DNA of 63,850 bases, the filler included, from Reclinomonas americana ATCC 50394 (taxonomy: Eukaryota), in the NCBI GenBank assembly GCA_048213135.1. It is 19 parts of 19 records of this genome, joined end to end, with 100 filler letters (N's around TTAATTAATTAA, not from the genome) between each part and the next. Parts side by side here need not be neighbours in the genome. Positions count along the whole stretch, not along the records: positions 1 to 2,009 come from AFZH01022355.1; positions 2,110 to 4,836 come from AFZH01022356.1; positions 4,937 to 9,702 come from AFZH01022357.1; positions 9,803 to 11,727 come from AFZH01022358.1; positions 11,828 to 21,409 come from AFZH01022359.1; 14 more parts are not named here. The stretch is one strand, 5' to 3'. The notes beneath the pieces were generated by a model that worked only from the letters and a program-made list of their open reading frames with translations, was not told where the DNA came from and did no database searches. Shown here one piece after another: positions 1-12,587 of the stretch (position 1 is its first letter; each line of letters opens with the position of its first letter). The translations under genes were made by a program, and so were the position numbers.

Positions 1-370
1 GCAGCAGCAGCAGCGGCCGCAGCGGCAGCTGCCCCTGTCAAGGTGGATCCGATGGTGGCCAAGTCGTGGCTCGACCCTGAGTATGTGGGCGGTGTGTTGG
101 CCGCACAGAGCCAGCGCGATGCCAAGTTGGTCACCAGGTACGTGTCACTGAGTGAGTGACTGACTGTTTGGGGCACACGTTGCTGAGTGAAGGAGGGCAG
201 TGAGTTGGCAGCGGTGCTGGCACTGGAGGACTACCTGCGCAGTGCGCGCTCGTCGGCCACTGTCGACTATTACTTTTTCGTGTTGCTCTTTGCGAGCGAG
301 AAGGCCTATCGGTTGACACAGTGCACACGTCTGCTGGAGGTCGCGCACCAAATCTACGTGCACTATCAAG

Positions 371-404
<34 letters not shown>

Positions 405-1265
405 CCGCGAGTTGCGCCCTTTTTCCTCTGTGTTGAATCCCGTCCCCGTTGTAGAGACGGGCCCGGAGGTGGTCAGCACGGCCGAGTTGTTTCGGGAGCT
501 GGCGATGAACATTAATCAGCAGTCGTTTGCCTCGTTCCGATCGCACGCACTGCCGGCGTTTGGCAAGCCGGCGTCATTAGAGAGTGCGGCCGCCGACGCA
601 GCACCGAGTGTCACTGAGGATTACGAGTTCACAGCTGCCGATGCGTTCACCACGCAGGATATCACCGATATCGTGGACTTTTTCACCACCGGGTGCGATG
701 CATTTTCTAGTTCCGAGTTGTCGTTGACGTGCCAGCTGACTGTGCTCTGTACCGACAGCTTCTTGCAACACCACAAGTTGTACTGGTACGTGCAGCGAGA
801 GGAGCAGGTGCGGACATTCACCGAGGTCCGCAAGCTCATCGAGACCCCGATGCCACCGTATCCGTTGCGGGAGTTCCTCAACGAGGACGACTGGCGTGCC
901 AATGTGGCGGCACGGCGTGAACAGCCGAGACGAGAGTTGCGCATCGTCTATCGCACGCCTGTGTCTGCGCTCCAGCTCACTGTGCTGCACAGGCACGCAA
1001 CGCGGCGGAACGGAGGGCTCGCGAGGAGCAAGCAGCGCGCGAGGTGGCAGAAAAGGCCCGCGCGGAATCTGAGGCGGCCGCACGGCAGGCTGCCGAGGAC
1101 GGCAAGTACAATCCCGAGGTGCTGGCCATCCTCAATCAGGTCAAGGCCGAGTTTGAGGAGAAGCAGCGCAAGTTGGTGGAGCGCATCCAGGTGCTGGAGG
1201 GCCAGGTGGACGCCAAGGGAGGTGGTGCCAGCGCTGCTGCTGCCGCCCCCGGCAAGAAGAAGTGA
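1..1265 (+). CDS. Spliced, 5'-partial flagellar central-pair C1a-32/CLAMP-domain (CFAP119/CCDC189-like) protein with C-terminal coiled coil
   Basis: Exon peptides TVDYYFFVLLFASEKAY, AFTTQDITDIVDFFTT and FLQHHKLYWYV resemble the CLAMP pattern (F..T.FQH.KLY.YV). Last exon ...AEFEEKQRKLVERIQVLE...PGKKK ends at TGA 1263-1265. Short introns with (GT)n are visible. Confidence 0.6.
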
Positions 1266-1701
1266 CCGAGGACGTGTGGGGAGAGTCCTCGGTGTGCTTG
1301 CATCCAAAATGTACACAAAACAATCACGATCGCCCACCAGGCAAGTCAGGGAAAAATGTGTGTGATACATTACAAGCAAAGTAGGAGTATGCCCGTTGCG
1401 TGACGCCCAGAACAAACACAGCGCCACGCAGCCAGACCTCCCCTTTGCAAACAATCATTTGCAAGCGTACTGACAGACGAGGGGGACGAGCAACGCAGTT
1501 GGAGGGGGAAAATAAGGGAAGAAACAAGCACAACAACAAGAAGGAAAAGAACAGCAACATCAAACAGCGGCCACTCGTTGCTCGCATGCCCGACGACCAC
1601 CAGTCGCCGCGTGCATCATCATCATCATCATCATCAAAAAGCAGCAGGACAAAGAAACAACGCAGAGACAAAAAACCTTGGCCTGCTCGCCACACACCGG
1701 C

Positions 1702-2009
1702 TTACAGGTCAAAATCCTCGTCGTCTGCCGGTCCGAGAGTCAACAACTCAATCTTCTCCGTGAGCTGCTCAATGGCCACCTTGTCGAGACCGTCGTCGGT
1801 TCGGCTCTCGATGGATTGCAGCAGCTTGTGCACGTCCTTGGTCAACTCGTGCTCGCAGCCAAAGATCTTGTTGGTGATCACAAAGGCGTGGCGAATCCAC
1901 TCGCATGCTTGCTCAATGGCGTTGTACTCCTGTGACACAAACTGGGCGGTGAGCATTCGCAGCCCGAGAGCAACAAACAAACCACCCACTCCTGCGACGT
2001 ACCGCATAC
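1702..2009 (-). CDS. 3' end of a hypothetical protein (TPR/SMYD-like C-terminal helices)
   Basis: ACEWIRHAFVITNKIFGCEHELTKDV resembles the G.EH..T helix pair of TPR/SMYD C-termini. Truncated by the gap. Confidence 0.3.
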
Positions 2010-2109
2010 NNNNNNNNNNNNNNNNNNNNNNNNNNNNNNNNNNNNNNNNNNNNTTAATTAATTAANNNNNNNNNNNNNNNNNNNNNNNNNNNNNNNNNNN
2101 NNNNNNNNN
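2010..2109. other. Artificial assembly spacer (44N-TTAATTAATTAA-44N); identical spacers start at 4837, 9703, 11728, 21410, 24748, 26090, 29128, 30612, 32529, 33966, 40776, 43139, 48137, 50555, 52231, 56596 and 61276
   Basis: Same 100-nt layout each time, with a six-frame stop linker. Confidence 0.99.
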
Positions 2110-4836
2110 AAATCTTTGCGCGGCTCTCATTCCGTCGGACAGGACGAGTCCGTCGACGCTATTGTGTATCGTTGTGAATGCGTGATGCCGCATTGTATGT
2201 GGCTCTGTCGCTGTGCACATCGAGTGAGGTGAATCTGTGGCTGGTGGATGGCGTCGAGGCCTTGTGCAAGCACTGTTTGCAAGTGGAGCAGCGATGGGTA
2301 TGCACATTTAATGCATGCAAACTCGCACACTTTCGTCACTCATCATGCACACAGGCGATGCATGTGCGACAACGTGACGCGGAGGACGAGTGGCAATGTC
2401 GAGCGCTGCACGAGAGTGAAGCCGTTGTGCAGCCTGTGTTGCGTGCATGTGCAATGCCACTGCCACTCGTGGCGACATGCCGTTGTGCGGTGCGTCGCTT
2501 GCTGGCGCTGGCGACTGCCGCTGAAGACAAGTCGACATCGACCTCGTCGGTGTGGCAGTGGCTGCTGGTGCAGGCGCGATGCACGGTGCGTCGACTGATG
2601 CAATGCCGGTGCGCGTGTGCGTCGCGCGCGGCGTGCTTGGCGGCCGCTCGAGCACTGCTGTTGCGCTGTCAGTGGCGAGCGCAGCAGCAGCGACATCGTG
2701 AAGAGCCAGCAGCGGCTGCGTGCACTGCGTGGGCGCACTGGCATGCCTCTGCGGCTGTGCAGTCGTCGTCGTCGTCGTGGAGTTCGTTGTTGGGCGTGCG
2801 ATGTGGTGTTGCTTGGGTCGTTGTTGACTGTGCGGCACAGGTCGCGTTGACACGCTGTGTCTGCTGCAGTATGCTGGTGGCACTGGTGCATCGCTGGAGG
2901 CGGCGTTGGTGGCCTTGTGTGCGCGTCGGCGGTGGGAGCACGTGTGGTGGGAGCGTGCGATTTGTGAGGTGTGGCGTGCAGTGGGGAACAGGGATGCAGA
3001 TGTCGCGTTCAACTTATTCGCGCTGCAGAGTGTTGCGAGGAAGCCGCTGACAGGAGCGGCGGTGATGAGGCAAGTGCAACTCATGATCCAGGGCGCCGTG
3101 CAGAAACGGCGTCGATTGGGGGAGGAGGAATTCGTGGCCATTCGGAGCACACTGCAAGCCGGCTGGAATCGCCTGTCGGCTCGGTGTGAAGTGTGTGTGT
3201 GTGTGTGAGTCGCACGACTCACTCTCTTGCGCTAACCTCGCGATCTACAGGGAGGCTCTCGTGGTGCGAACGTTGTACTGGGAGCTGGGGCGGGTGGCAC
3301 TCTGCGTCGACTCCTGGTGGCGTGAGGGAAAGGTGCTGACTGCAGCGGTGTCCGAGAGAACTGCGCTCCACATGGTACAGCGATGTGGCGGCATGCGGCA
3401 GCGCACTACTCGTCGTGTTCACCGTTTCTGCAAGCGACTTCAGTGGGACGATGCAGCTGTGAGTGACAAATCACCAGAGGAGGCTCCTTGGAAGAAGCGA
3501 GTGTCGGCAGCAGCTGTCACGTTTGAGACTGCATTTGCCATGTTTCAGTGTGTGCGTTCGGGTGCCTGGCACACCCCGTCCACTCCCTGGACCTCGTTTG
3601 TGACGGTGGAGACACACAATGGGTGGCGCGCACCGCCGTCACTCTGTTTGACAACTGAGGAATGGCAGCAGCAGCAGCAAGGGGGCGAAAGGAGTGGAGC
3701 ACCGGGCTCGGCGGTGCTGAGTTTTCTCGCGCAACTGGTTCGTGATGGGGGCACGGATGCTGCGGTGCCAGACAAGGACTCGTCTCCACAGTTACCTCCT
3801 GCGCACTTGAGTGCCAGACGACGTGAGCTTGTTGAGCAGCTGCAGAGCAAGTGGCGACAGGCGACGCACAGTCAACTGGAGACACTCATTGAGCGTCTCG
3901 TGTCGGCGAAAGAGATTGCAGCCGACAGCAATGCGCTGCTGGACGATATCGTCACGTGGCAGTCGTTCACACGCGTGCGAGTCAGTGAGTGGTGTCATCG
4001 ATTGGAACAGTTCCGCCTGGTGGTGAGTGCGCTGCGCAGTGAGTGGCGAATGCTGGGCAGGGCCATGGGCGTGCGGGCTGTTGAGCAGCGCGAAGGGAGC
4101 AACGGCGTGCGGCAGCTGGCCGACAAGGTATGTCTTTGTGCTTCGTACCACACTCGCTCACTCTGGGGCATGTGCGGTCTGACACGAGTGCGGTCGTGCA
4201 GGTGGAGCAACTCGACGCGTCGCTGCTGGCAGTGTTGACAGCATTGCGACCGCATGTGGGATCTGGTTGGTCGGTGCCACTGGCGCGGTCACAAACGGCC
4301 AGAACATGCGCGTCGTCCGTGTCACTGCCGGCGTTCCGTGCTCTGAGCCGCTTGCACGATTTTGTAAATGCTGCTGCTGCTGTGGACGACGACCCCAGTG
4401 CCGCCACGGTGGAATCCGAAGTGCGACGAGCAGTTGCCGAGTGGCCTGCTGCGCTCGCCGCCGTGTGTCGTACGGTGTTGCGCATGGGCGGGCTTGGAGC
4501 GGGGGACTCGGCGTCCACGCCGCTCATGACGAGCGCGCTGCGTGGATTGCGCACTCGGTTGCCGATGGTGTGTGTGTATGTGCTGGTGTATCTTTTCGGG
4601 AGTGCAGGTCTCACAGAAGCGATGGGTCGCAGGAGGGTGAGCGTGTGGAGGCCGTGGTGCGGCGACTTCAAGACGCTGTGCGTCAGGCAGCTCGTCTTTG
4701 TGCAGCAGACATGGTCGAGGTCGCGGCAGTCTTCCCCGACTGGGTCTCCACCAGCCACGCCCGCGAGGCGGAGGCTGCGACAGAAGGAGATGAAGGAGAA
4801 GAGGAAGAAGGGGACGGGCTGCGTAATAAACTTGCA
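2110..4836 (+). CDS. Multi-exon hypothetical protein (partial)
   Basis: Long plus-strand ORF segments (3186-4238, 4130-4836) interrupted by GT..AG introns, e.g. gtatgt at ~4128 and cag at ~4201. No domain recognised. Confidence 0.5.
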
Positions 4837-5563
4837 NNNNNNNNNNNNNNNNNNNNNNNNNNNNNNNNNNNNNNNNNNNNTTAATTAATTAANNNNNNNN
4901 NNNNNNNNNNNNNNNNNNNNNNNNNNNNNNNNNNNNGGGAACCGAACCGAGCGAGGAGTAGAAACGCGTAACACCAGCACCAGAGACAAAACAATCATTC
5001 AACAAAACAAGGGGTGGGGGGTTTGATATCAAGTGCATAGGCAAAGGGGTCTCACACGAGTGACAACGACAGCAGAGGGCGCGCAGTCGCAGCATTTTCG
5101 AAAGCAGAGGGAGAGCGCGAGGCCGCACCAAAGCAGCCCCACATCACCTCAACTCGACGGCGCCACAATCGGGTGCGCGTCACCACGTGGAGGAGGAGAA
5201 TACAGCGAGAGAGTAGTATAGAGGGGGAGGGAGGGGAGAGAAACGCAAAGGAGGGCGGGCAGCATACATGCCACGCCCTGCGCACAATGAGACGGCGGCC
5301 ACGCTGAAGAGCGCGCACGCGCACAAGCATATGCACGACACGTATAACGCACACCATGCACCCAATCGCCACCGCCGCTGCTGCCGCCACCACCACCACC
5401 GAACACAAATTCTTTGCACAGGAGTAAACACAACACATGGGGTGGGGGTGGGGCGCGGTAGGGCGCGGGGCATGGTGGCCACACACGTGCAGAAAGCATA
5501 CACACAAAACACGCATATGAGAGAGCGCGTGCGCACGCACACAAACAGTGGAACGCCGCAGTT

Positions 5564-8115
5564 TCACGGCAGGCTCTGCACGGGCGGATAGCACGCCACG
5601 TGCATGTACTGCGGGCCCGTGAACTTGGCGTACACGGCGGTGAGGCCGTTGGGACACCGTGGTGACTCGGTGGAGCGCACATGTGCCCTCCACAACACGT
5701 CAAGCACCGGCTGCACCTCGGCCATGTCCCAGCCAAAGAACGATGACAGCGTGTCGGCCTGCATGCACAAAAAATGTTTGAGTGCGAGGAGGGAAAAGAG
5801 AGACAAAAGAGGCACAACACACAAACATACCGCAGCAGGCATGTCCAGCGTGTAAAACGCCAGCAAGACGCTGGTCTGCGCAATCAGTGATGATTCGACG
5901 CCGACCAGGTCGTACTCTTGCAGCGACAACTCCATGAAGTAGCACGACAAGTGGAACAACACGGTGTCGTCTTGCAGAATCTGCTCAATCTCCTCCGCAT
6001 CTGCACAGTGACAGGGGTAGCGGGCGCGCACAGTGAGCATCTTTTGCAGACAACAACATCAATTAAAAACAGCGCAGATGCGGACACGCAACTGCAGTTG
6101 GCTTGGCGGGCACGCGACCAGGCATGGAAGAAGGAGCACAGCCACGAGTATGGCGTGACCACCGTGAGCTGCCACTGGAGGGCCTCCAGCATCAGCTTCT
6201 CCATGCGAATTGTCTACGAAAAAAAGTCAATACATGACACCTCCTGTTTCACATTTTCTCAACACTACACACCTGCTCGGCCGTGAAGGCGTTCTGAGTG
6301 GCCTCCACCAACGCATCCACTGGTCGGGGGACGACTTCCTCGTATTTGCTGTAATGAGGACGAGAAGAGAGTCAATTCCCCGTATCATCCATTCGGGGAA
6401 GGTGGCGGTGGTGAAGAGACGCAACATGGCCAAGAACAGAGCGGCGGCGCCAGCGAGTTGCAGGTGCTTCCGCAGCACCTTCATGCGTGACAAGAACCGG
6501 TCCAAAATGCTCACTGTGCGGCGAAAAGTCAGCCACACAAAGACAAGCGAAAGAATATTCTAAGAAAAGAGGAAAAGAGAACAAATCGACACCCCACAAA
6601 CCCCCCCCACCCGACCACACAGCACCAGCACCACAGACAGACATGCGCATGCAAGACGGAGGACAGAAAGTAATTCCGTACAGATTGTCAATTAAAACAG
6701 ATAAGAAAGCGGGGTTGTGAAACAGCAAATCAATACTAGACGGGTACAATAAGAAAAGACAGACAGACAACTCCGGCCCCAACCACCAACCACCCACCCA
6801 CCCACACACACACTCACCAGCCAAGCAGAGTGTTTCTGTTGAGCAACCGAGTTCGTGGTTGACGTCTGACATCCAGTCGAGCAGCATGGTGCGGTTGGCG
6901 GGTGTGACGTCGCCACCGCAGGCCTTGTGCATTTGCAAGTAGTTCGCACTGGCCATGTGAAGCACCTACAGAGCACACACACACACACAAGAGAGCGAGT
7001 GAGCATGACGTGAATTGTAAGACGGTAACGTTTCACCTTCACCGCCCCCAGCATCTCACAATTCGCTCACATCAAAGGCTAACCGCAACTGCGCTACCAC
7101 CATTGCTCAAACACTCGCTCTCACATACAGAGAGATACAGAAGAAAGAATCACCAAAGGGAGACTCGCCACGAGACACACACGCAGAGAGGAGAGAGAGA
7201 ACACGTTCGTGTGCGTCAGCGCTACTTGCCTGTTATGGAGGGTCGGGGGAAGGAGAAAAAAGGACAACTCACGCGTCTTCTCGCACCCACAAAAAAAAAG
7301 ACAAGTGCACACGCGCGTGTGAAGAGAGAAGAGAGACAGAGAGAATACAGCGCGTAGATGCATCACACGAGAGAATAAACGAGGGCGCAAAAAAGAATCG
7401 ACATCACACACACACAAGACATGTGCTGCACCACCACCAAACTCACCTCACTCGCATGCATGGTTCGCGCTGTGGCCAAGTCCTCCTCGGCCATCACCGG
7501 ACCCTGCGCGTGTGCAGGCTGCTGCTGCTGTTGCTGTTGCTGTTGTTGTTGTTGACACAGCTCGTCTTCCTCCTCCTCCTCAGAGTAATCCACATCGTCG
7601 TCGTCAGCAGAGTGCATGTCGGCATCTGTTGATGGCGGTTGTTGTGCGGAGAACGTCTCAAAGCCTGCGGCCTCGTAGGCGAAGCCTGGCGACGGCAGCA
7701 CCACATCTACACACACAAATGCAATATTCAGCACCAACAAACGCAGCAGTGGAGAGATGCAACACACAAAAACAAACCCTCGTGGGCGTGAGGCGAGGCC
7801 ATGACGCGCAGCTCCATGCCTACAAAGCAGCAACGGGCATGAGTACTCCACACACACACGCAATTAAACAAAAAAGGAATGGCAAGTTCGCGCGATGGCG
7901 GGGCATCTCGCCGCACACAAACACACTCACCGCACCCACTGGCCTTGCTCGCAGCTGCCGCAGCTGCGGCACCACTGCCACTGCTGCTGCTGCTGCTGCT
8001 GGTACCAACACACGTCGATGCAGACAGCTGCGTGGAGACAACAAAAGTGAGCGCGCGCGTGTGACAACACAAACAGAAGACACGACTCTCTGCTCACCTC
8101 CATTGCGGCCAGCAT
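5564..8115 (-). CDS. A/B-type cyclin (multi-exon)
   Basis: Cyclin box split over exons: RTMLLDWMSDVNHELGCSTETLCLA / VSILDRFLS..LQLAGAAALFLA / KYEE / MEKLMLEALQWQLTVVTPYSWL. C-terminal box YFMELSLQEY..VYAKF. Low-complexity poly-Q/S N-terminus; start at 8115 is tentative. Confidence 0.9.
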
Positions 8116-8981
8116 GAGGGATAACTGCCAGAGAGAGAGGGTGAGCCAACTGCCACAGTTACGGTTCCACGCACGCGCGCACACACACACACCAAGCGAC
8201 TTCTCTGTGCGCGCGAGAGCGGCCAGACGTGCGAAGTGATGAAAGAACCAACGGAAGTGTGCGAAAGTTCAAGATGAAAGGGGAAAATGCCGATTTTGAT
8301 AAATCCACACTCAGACACCCGCAATCATGCACAAAAATGACAAAGCTGCAGAGTGGAGAAGAGAGTGTGTGGCGAGGATGTGATTCAAGTGTAGTTGCAT
8401 CAACCAGTTGCAGTTGTGAAATGTGTCGCACACCCAACAACAAATAGAATCATCTGCCGCTCACTCTCCCACTCTTTCTGCTGGCAAGTGCGTGTGTGTC
8501 AGTTGGGCGCAGCACGGAGGGAGTTGCGCGCAAGGAAAAACTCATCTGTTCGCATGCATGCAGGCGCACGCTCACGCACGTGCCGGCAACACGCTCACAC
8601 GCAACGACGACGACGAGAAACAAAAGAAACCACACACGGAAAACAACACAGAAAATCACCGAGTGGATCGCAGCGTCGCTCACTGCCCGCGCCCCTCCCG
8701 CACACACCGCGCGCGCATGCACTCACCTCTTTGTGTGTATGGGGGGGGGGAAGGTTGTTGTTGTTTGTGGCGAGCGACGATCAGTTGCGCGCGGAGGTGG
8801 TGGTGGTGGTGGTGGTGGCGGAGAGATCACACTCGGTGCGTGGTGATGGTGGTGGTGGTGGTGGTGATGATCACGGAGGCAGCAGACAAGATGAACAATG
8901 TGCGAGGGTGTGATGGTCAGCGCTCCGCGCAAGCAAGAGAAAAAAACGAAATGAATTGAATGAGGCGCAGAGATAGTGCGG

Positions 8982-9082
8982 CGATTGGCAGGATATGCAT
9001 GTCATTGCCGGATTAGGCTTTTTTAATTGTATTTGTTTTTCTTATAAATGCCTCTGCCCACCACTCATTATCCTGCCAATCG
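8982..9082. promoter_or_regulatory. 14-bp perfect inverted repeat containing CCAAT boxes, upstream of the cyclin gene
   Basis: CGATTGGCAGGATA (8982-8995) and TATCCTGCCAATCG (9069-9082) flank an AT-rich spacer. Confidence 0.45.
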
Positions 9083-9802
9083 ATTCCCTCTCGTACTCCA
9101 CCGATCAATGTCTCCCGCAGCGTCAGTGCTCGGAGGTTTCGAGCATCGATCTGCAGCCAACTGAAACACATGAGTGAAGCGACTTGTCAACCGCTCACTC
9201 ACTCACTCACTCACTCCTCACCTCGTACTCACACAGCAATCACTCGCACGCCGGTTGCGCCTGACGTTGGCGTGCGACAACCGCTCGCACATTACCCCGA
9301 AAGCCTTCGCCTCCATCTCGCTTGTTCTGGCAAGTACACCGGCGCAATGGTGTTTGGGCGACGAAAGAACACAGTGAGTCGTGGCGCAGCATGATTCTTC
9401 GTCATGATTGGTGGTGTTTGGCCTCGATTGAGTGGCGCAGCCGCCACATGGCCCTGCAGGGGCCACGTGAACGGGCGAGATGCGCTGCGCATGCAGCTGT
9501 CCGCAGCAGCGCGGCACGTGCCATGCCGGCATCGCGCGTGATTGCCTGGCAGATGCGGTATGGATTCCGTTCGGGAGACCAATTTTCCGTCTGGAATCCG
9601 CCCTCTCCACCACGTTTTCCGTCGCCACAGCGATGGAATCCTCTCGCCTGCTTTCTATAGATCGTGCGAGAAAAGATTCGGGACGTAAATCAAACTCTCT
9701 AANNNNNNNNNNNNNNNNNNNNNNNNNNNNNNNNNNNNNNNNNNNNTTAATTAATTAANNNNNNNNNNNNNNNNNNNNNNNNNNNNNNNNNNNNNNNNNN
9801 NN

Positions 9803-11300
9803 GACATGATGCTCCAGCCGACGAAGCTGAGAGCAATTTGCATGACATTCTGCTCAGCTTCGGTCTGCAAAATAAAATTCAGCTAACTTCTGTTCCTCTC
9901 ATTTGCTATGCAAGCGGCAAGGTGCCTCTTGTTGCCGACGCGTTGTTGGGTGGAGAGCATACACTACCGGGGTCACAGGTGTCACCCAGGGAGAGCAACG
10001 CCGCGGGACATTCCAGTTTTGTTCCAAATTCAGTCGACCGAGAAAAAAACCACGTGGTTTACCATCGCCATGGCGATGGTAAACGGGGCGCAGCCTGTTC
10101 AACCTGGACATGGATGCTCTCACTCACTGGGAGCCAGAGTATACGTAGACAGTGACGGGGCGTCATTCAACGTTCATTCTGGTATCCTCACACCTCGCTC
10201 AGCGAGAGCAACCCAGTGTTCAATGACCACTTGTCTCACGCGGTGCGCGTCTTCGCCTCCTCTCTCGGCCACCTTCAGTCTCGCCGAGAGCTGACGCCGG
10301 CGGTTCCTGAAAGTCTCCAGCACGTGGTGGAACAGCACATCGCCAGGCAGCTCCTGCATGGATGCAGGAGACGCCACCACACCATCAGACTGGCGAGTGC
10401 ATGCGATCTGCAGGGCCTCTCGGAAGCAGTCGACAACTCCGTCGCGCGCTGCCCTGAGTGCCCGCACGTGCTCGACACCTGAGTTTGTGGTCGAACCAAA
10501 CGCGACGACTGGAGTGAGTACGCGGCGCAGCACGGATGCTGTCACAGCTGCAGTCTGCGCAGCGCACACTGAGTGACACACACTCACTGCCTGTGCTGCA
10601 GCCTGGTGAATGAACGACGCACCGTCACGGCGCGAGTGGAGAGACCAGCGAGGCTGCGCAGCAGAGGATGACGTGCTGTGGAACGCGGCACCGTCGCCGC
10701 TTCTGTGTTGTTGTTGTGTCGGAGATTCTGTCTGCGCCGACTTGTCTGCGAAGAGTCACCCGCGGTGAGGAAGGAAGAACAGCGAAGGAGGTACACAAAG
10801 AACACTGGAACAGCACCACCCACGCACCGTGGTCTGCGTACAGCAAAGCAACTTACACCTGGCGCACAATGTCAAACATGCACTCTAGATCTCTGATCAC
10901 ACACACGTGCACACTCCTCTGGTGCAGGATGGCCACAGTCGACTGCAGCGAGCCGAAGGAGCCGATCCCATCGAAGACGCGTCGTCCGCAGCGTGCTGTT
11001 GAGCGCCAGCCTCGGCATTGCTCGGCGACAGAGTGTGTGTGCGGGAAGCAAAGCTTGCAAGTGGCCTCGCGATTGATGTTCAGCGCGACGATTGCGACGA
11101 CGGCGATTGTGGTCCACATCGCTTTGCTCTCTGCAGAGAGTACAGTCGCACACGGCAGTGCCCAGCAACTCGCCACTCATCATTCTCACAGCACGAGGAC
11201 AATGGACAGGTTGCTGTGGACAGAGCCTCACTCGCGATATCTACTGCGTTTGATTCTTCATGCGAGAGAGAATTACGGTCACACACAACGCCGCATCAGT
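9803..11300 (-). CDS. Multi-exon hypothetical protein with an F-box-like motif
   Basis: Minus-strand exons 10174-10560 and 10860-11176; motif MQELPGDVLFHHVL at 10318-10359. Boundaries approximate. Confidence 0.4.
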
Positions 11301-11992
11301 GTCGAGCGGCGTCGTTCAATACACTGGAGCTAGCAGGTAAGTGCATGTTTCCCTGTTGTGCCATTCTCGTGCACTGGCGTAGAGGGTTATGATCTCTGAC
11401 CGCGCACTGTGTTGCCCAACTCCCAGTGCGACTTTGGTGGCTTGAGCGATGCTGTGAGCGGGTATGTGAGTTTGTGTCTCTTGTCTCTCTCCCCTATTCC
11501 CCACCTTTCCAACCTCCTTCCCTCGCTCTCTTCTCCTCCTCTCCATCTTCGCAACGCTATTCTCACCCACACCTGCAGTTCGGTGCACCCAAGTGCACAA
11601 CACGCGTTGCACGGCCAACCATCTTCTGCTTCGCTGCAGCGGTATGTGAACCTGTGCGTGTCACCACTGCTTGTTGTTTGCGCTCGTGCAACGCTTCCAC
11701 ATCGCTCACACGAGTGGGGTTTGCCATNNNNNNNNNNNNNNNNNNNNNNNNNNNNNNNNNNNNNNNNNNNNTTAATTAATTAANNNNNNNNNNNNNNNNN
11801 NNNNNNNNNNNNNNNNNNNNNNNNNNNGATGAGAGCATGCATCGATATGAGCTGATAATGAACCATCTGAGCGCTTCTCTTGCAAGGAAACAATGTCTAC
11901 TGCATGGCTGTGGTGGTGCGAGGCAGAGGAGAGAAGCAGGCGTGCGGCGGTGCTGCTGCGCGCGCCGGTACCCGGCCGCACCTGGCCCGGAT

Positions 11993-12587
11993 GGAATCCT
12001 TCCGTAACACGTTTTCCGTGTGGAACACGAATGGAATACGCCCGGAGTAATGGGCTGTAAGAGTTTTACGACTTTAGAGACGGATTCCGACACGGAAAAC
12101 TCACCACCACACGGATTACGAGTGGAACACAGACGCAATCCGTCGCACGACTCACATGCATGTGAGTGAGCGACGAGGCCAAATTCTCTCTAAGTCACTC
12201 AACTCCAGTGCATCACACACCAAGAAACACCCACAGCACGTGAAACAATCCACCGCGGTTCATTGTGTTCCAAAACATGCGCTCCACACAGCACAAGCGA
12301 GTGCGGCAACTCCAACAATGCAGGCGATGAGTGAGGCGCGGAACCACCCACCCAACTCACTTTTTTTGACCGTGTGTGAGAAACACACAACGCCAAGTCG
12401 CGCGGCGAGTCACATCCTGCTCTCTGACAGATTCTCTACAAAATCACCGAGTGGCTGCGTGAGGAAAATGAACGAAAAGCGTCGCTCTCACTCACACGGC
12501 GGTTGTCCGAGAAACTCTGGACGAGGGGAAAACCCACGCGGAATCCATTTTCCGTGCACGGAATCCGTGTTCCCAGGGACGGAATCC
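11993..12587. repeat. Clustered GGAATCC / TTTTCCGT motif repeats (second cluster at 9562-9641)
   Basis: GGAATCC or its complement at 9562, 9593, 9635, 11993, 12082, 12540, 12560 and 12581. TTTTCCGT or its complement at 9583, 9615, 12012, 12092 and 12548. Confidence 0.7.
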
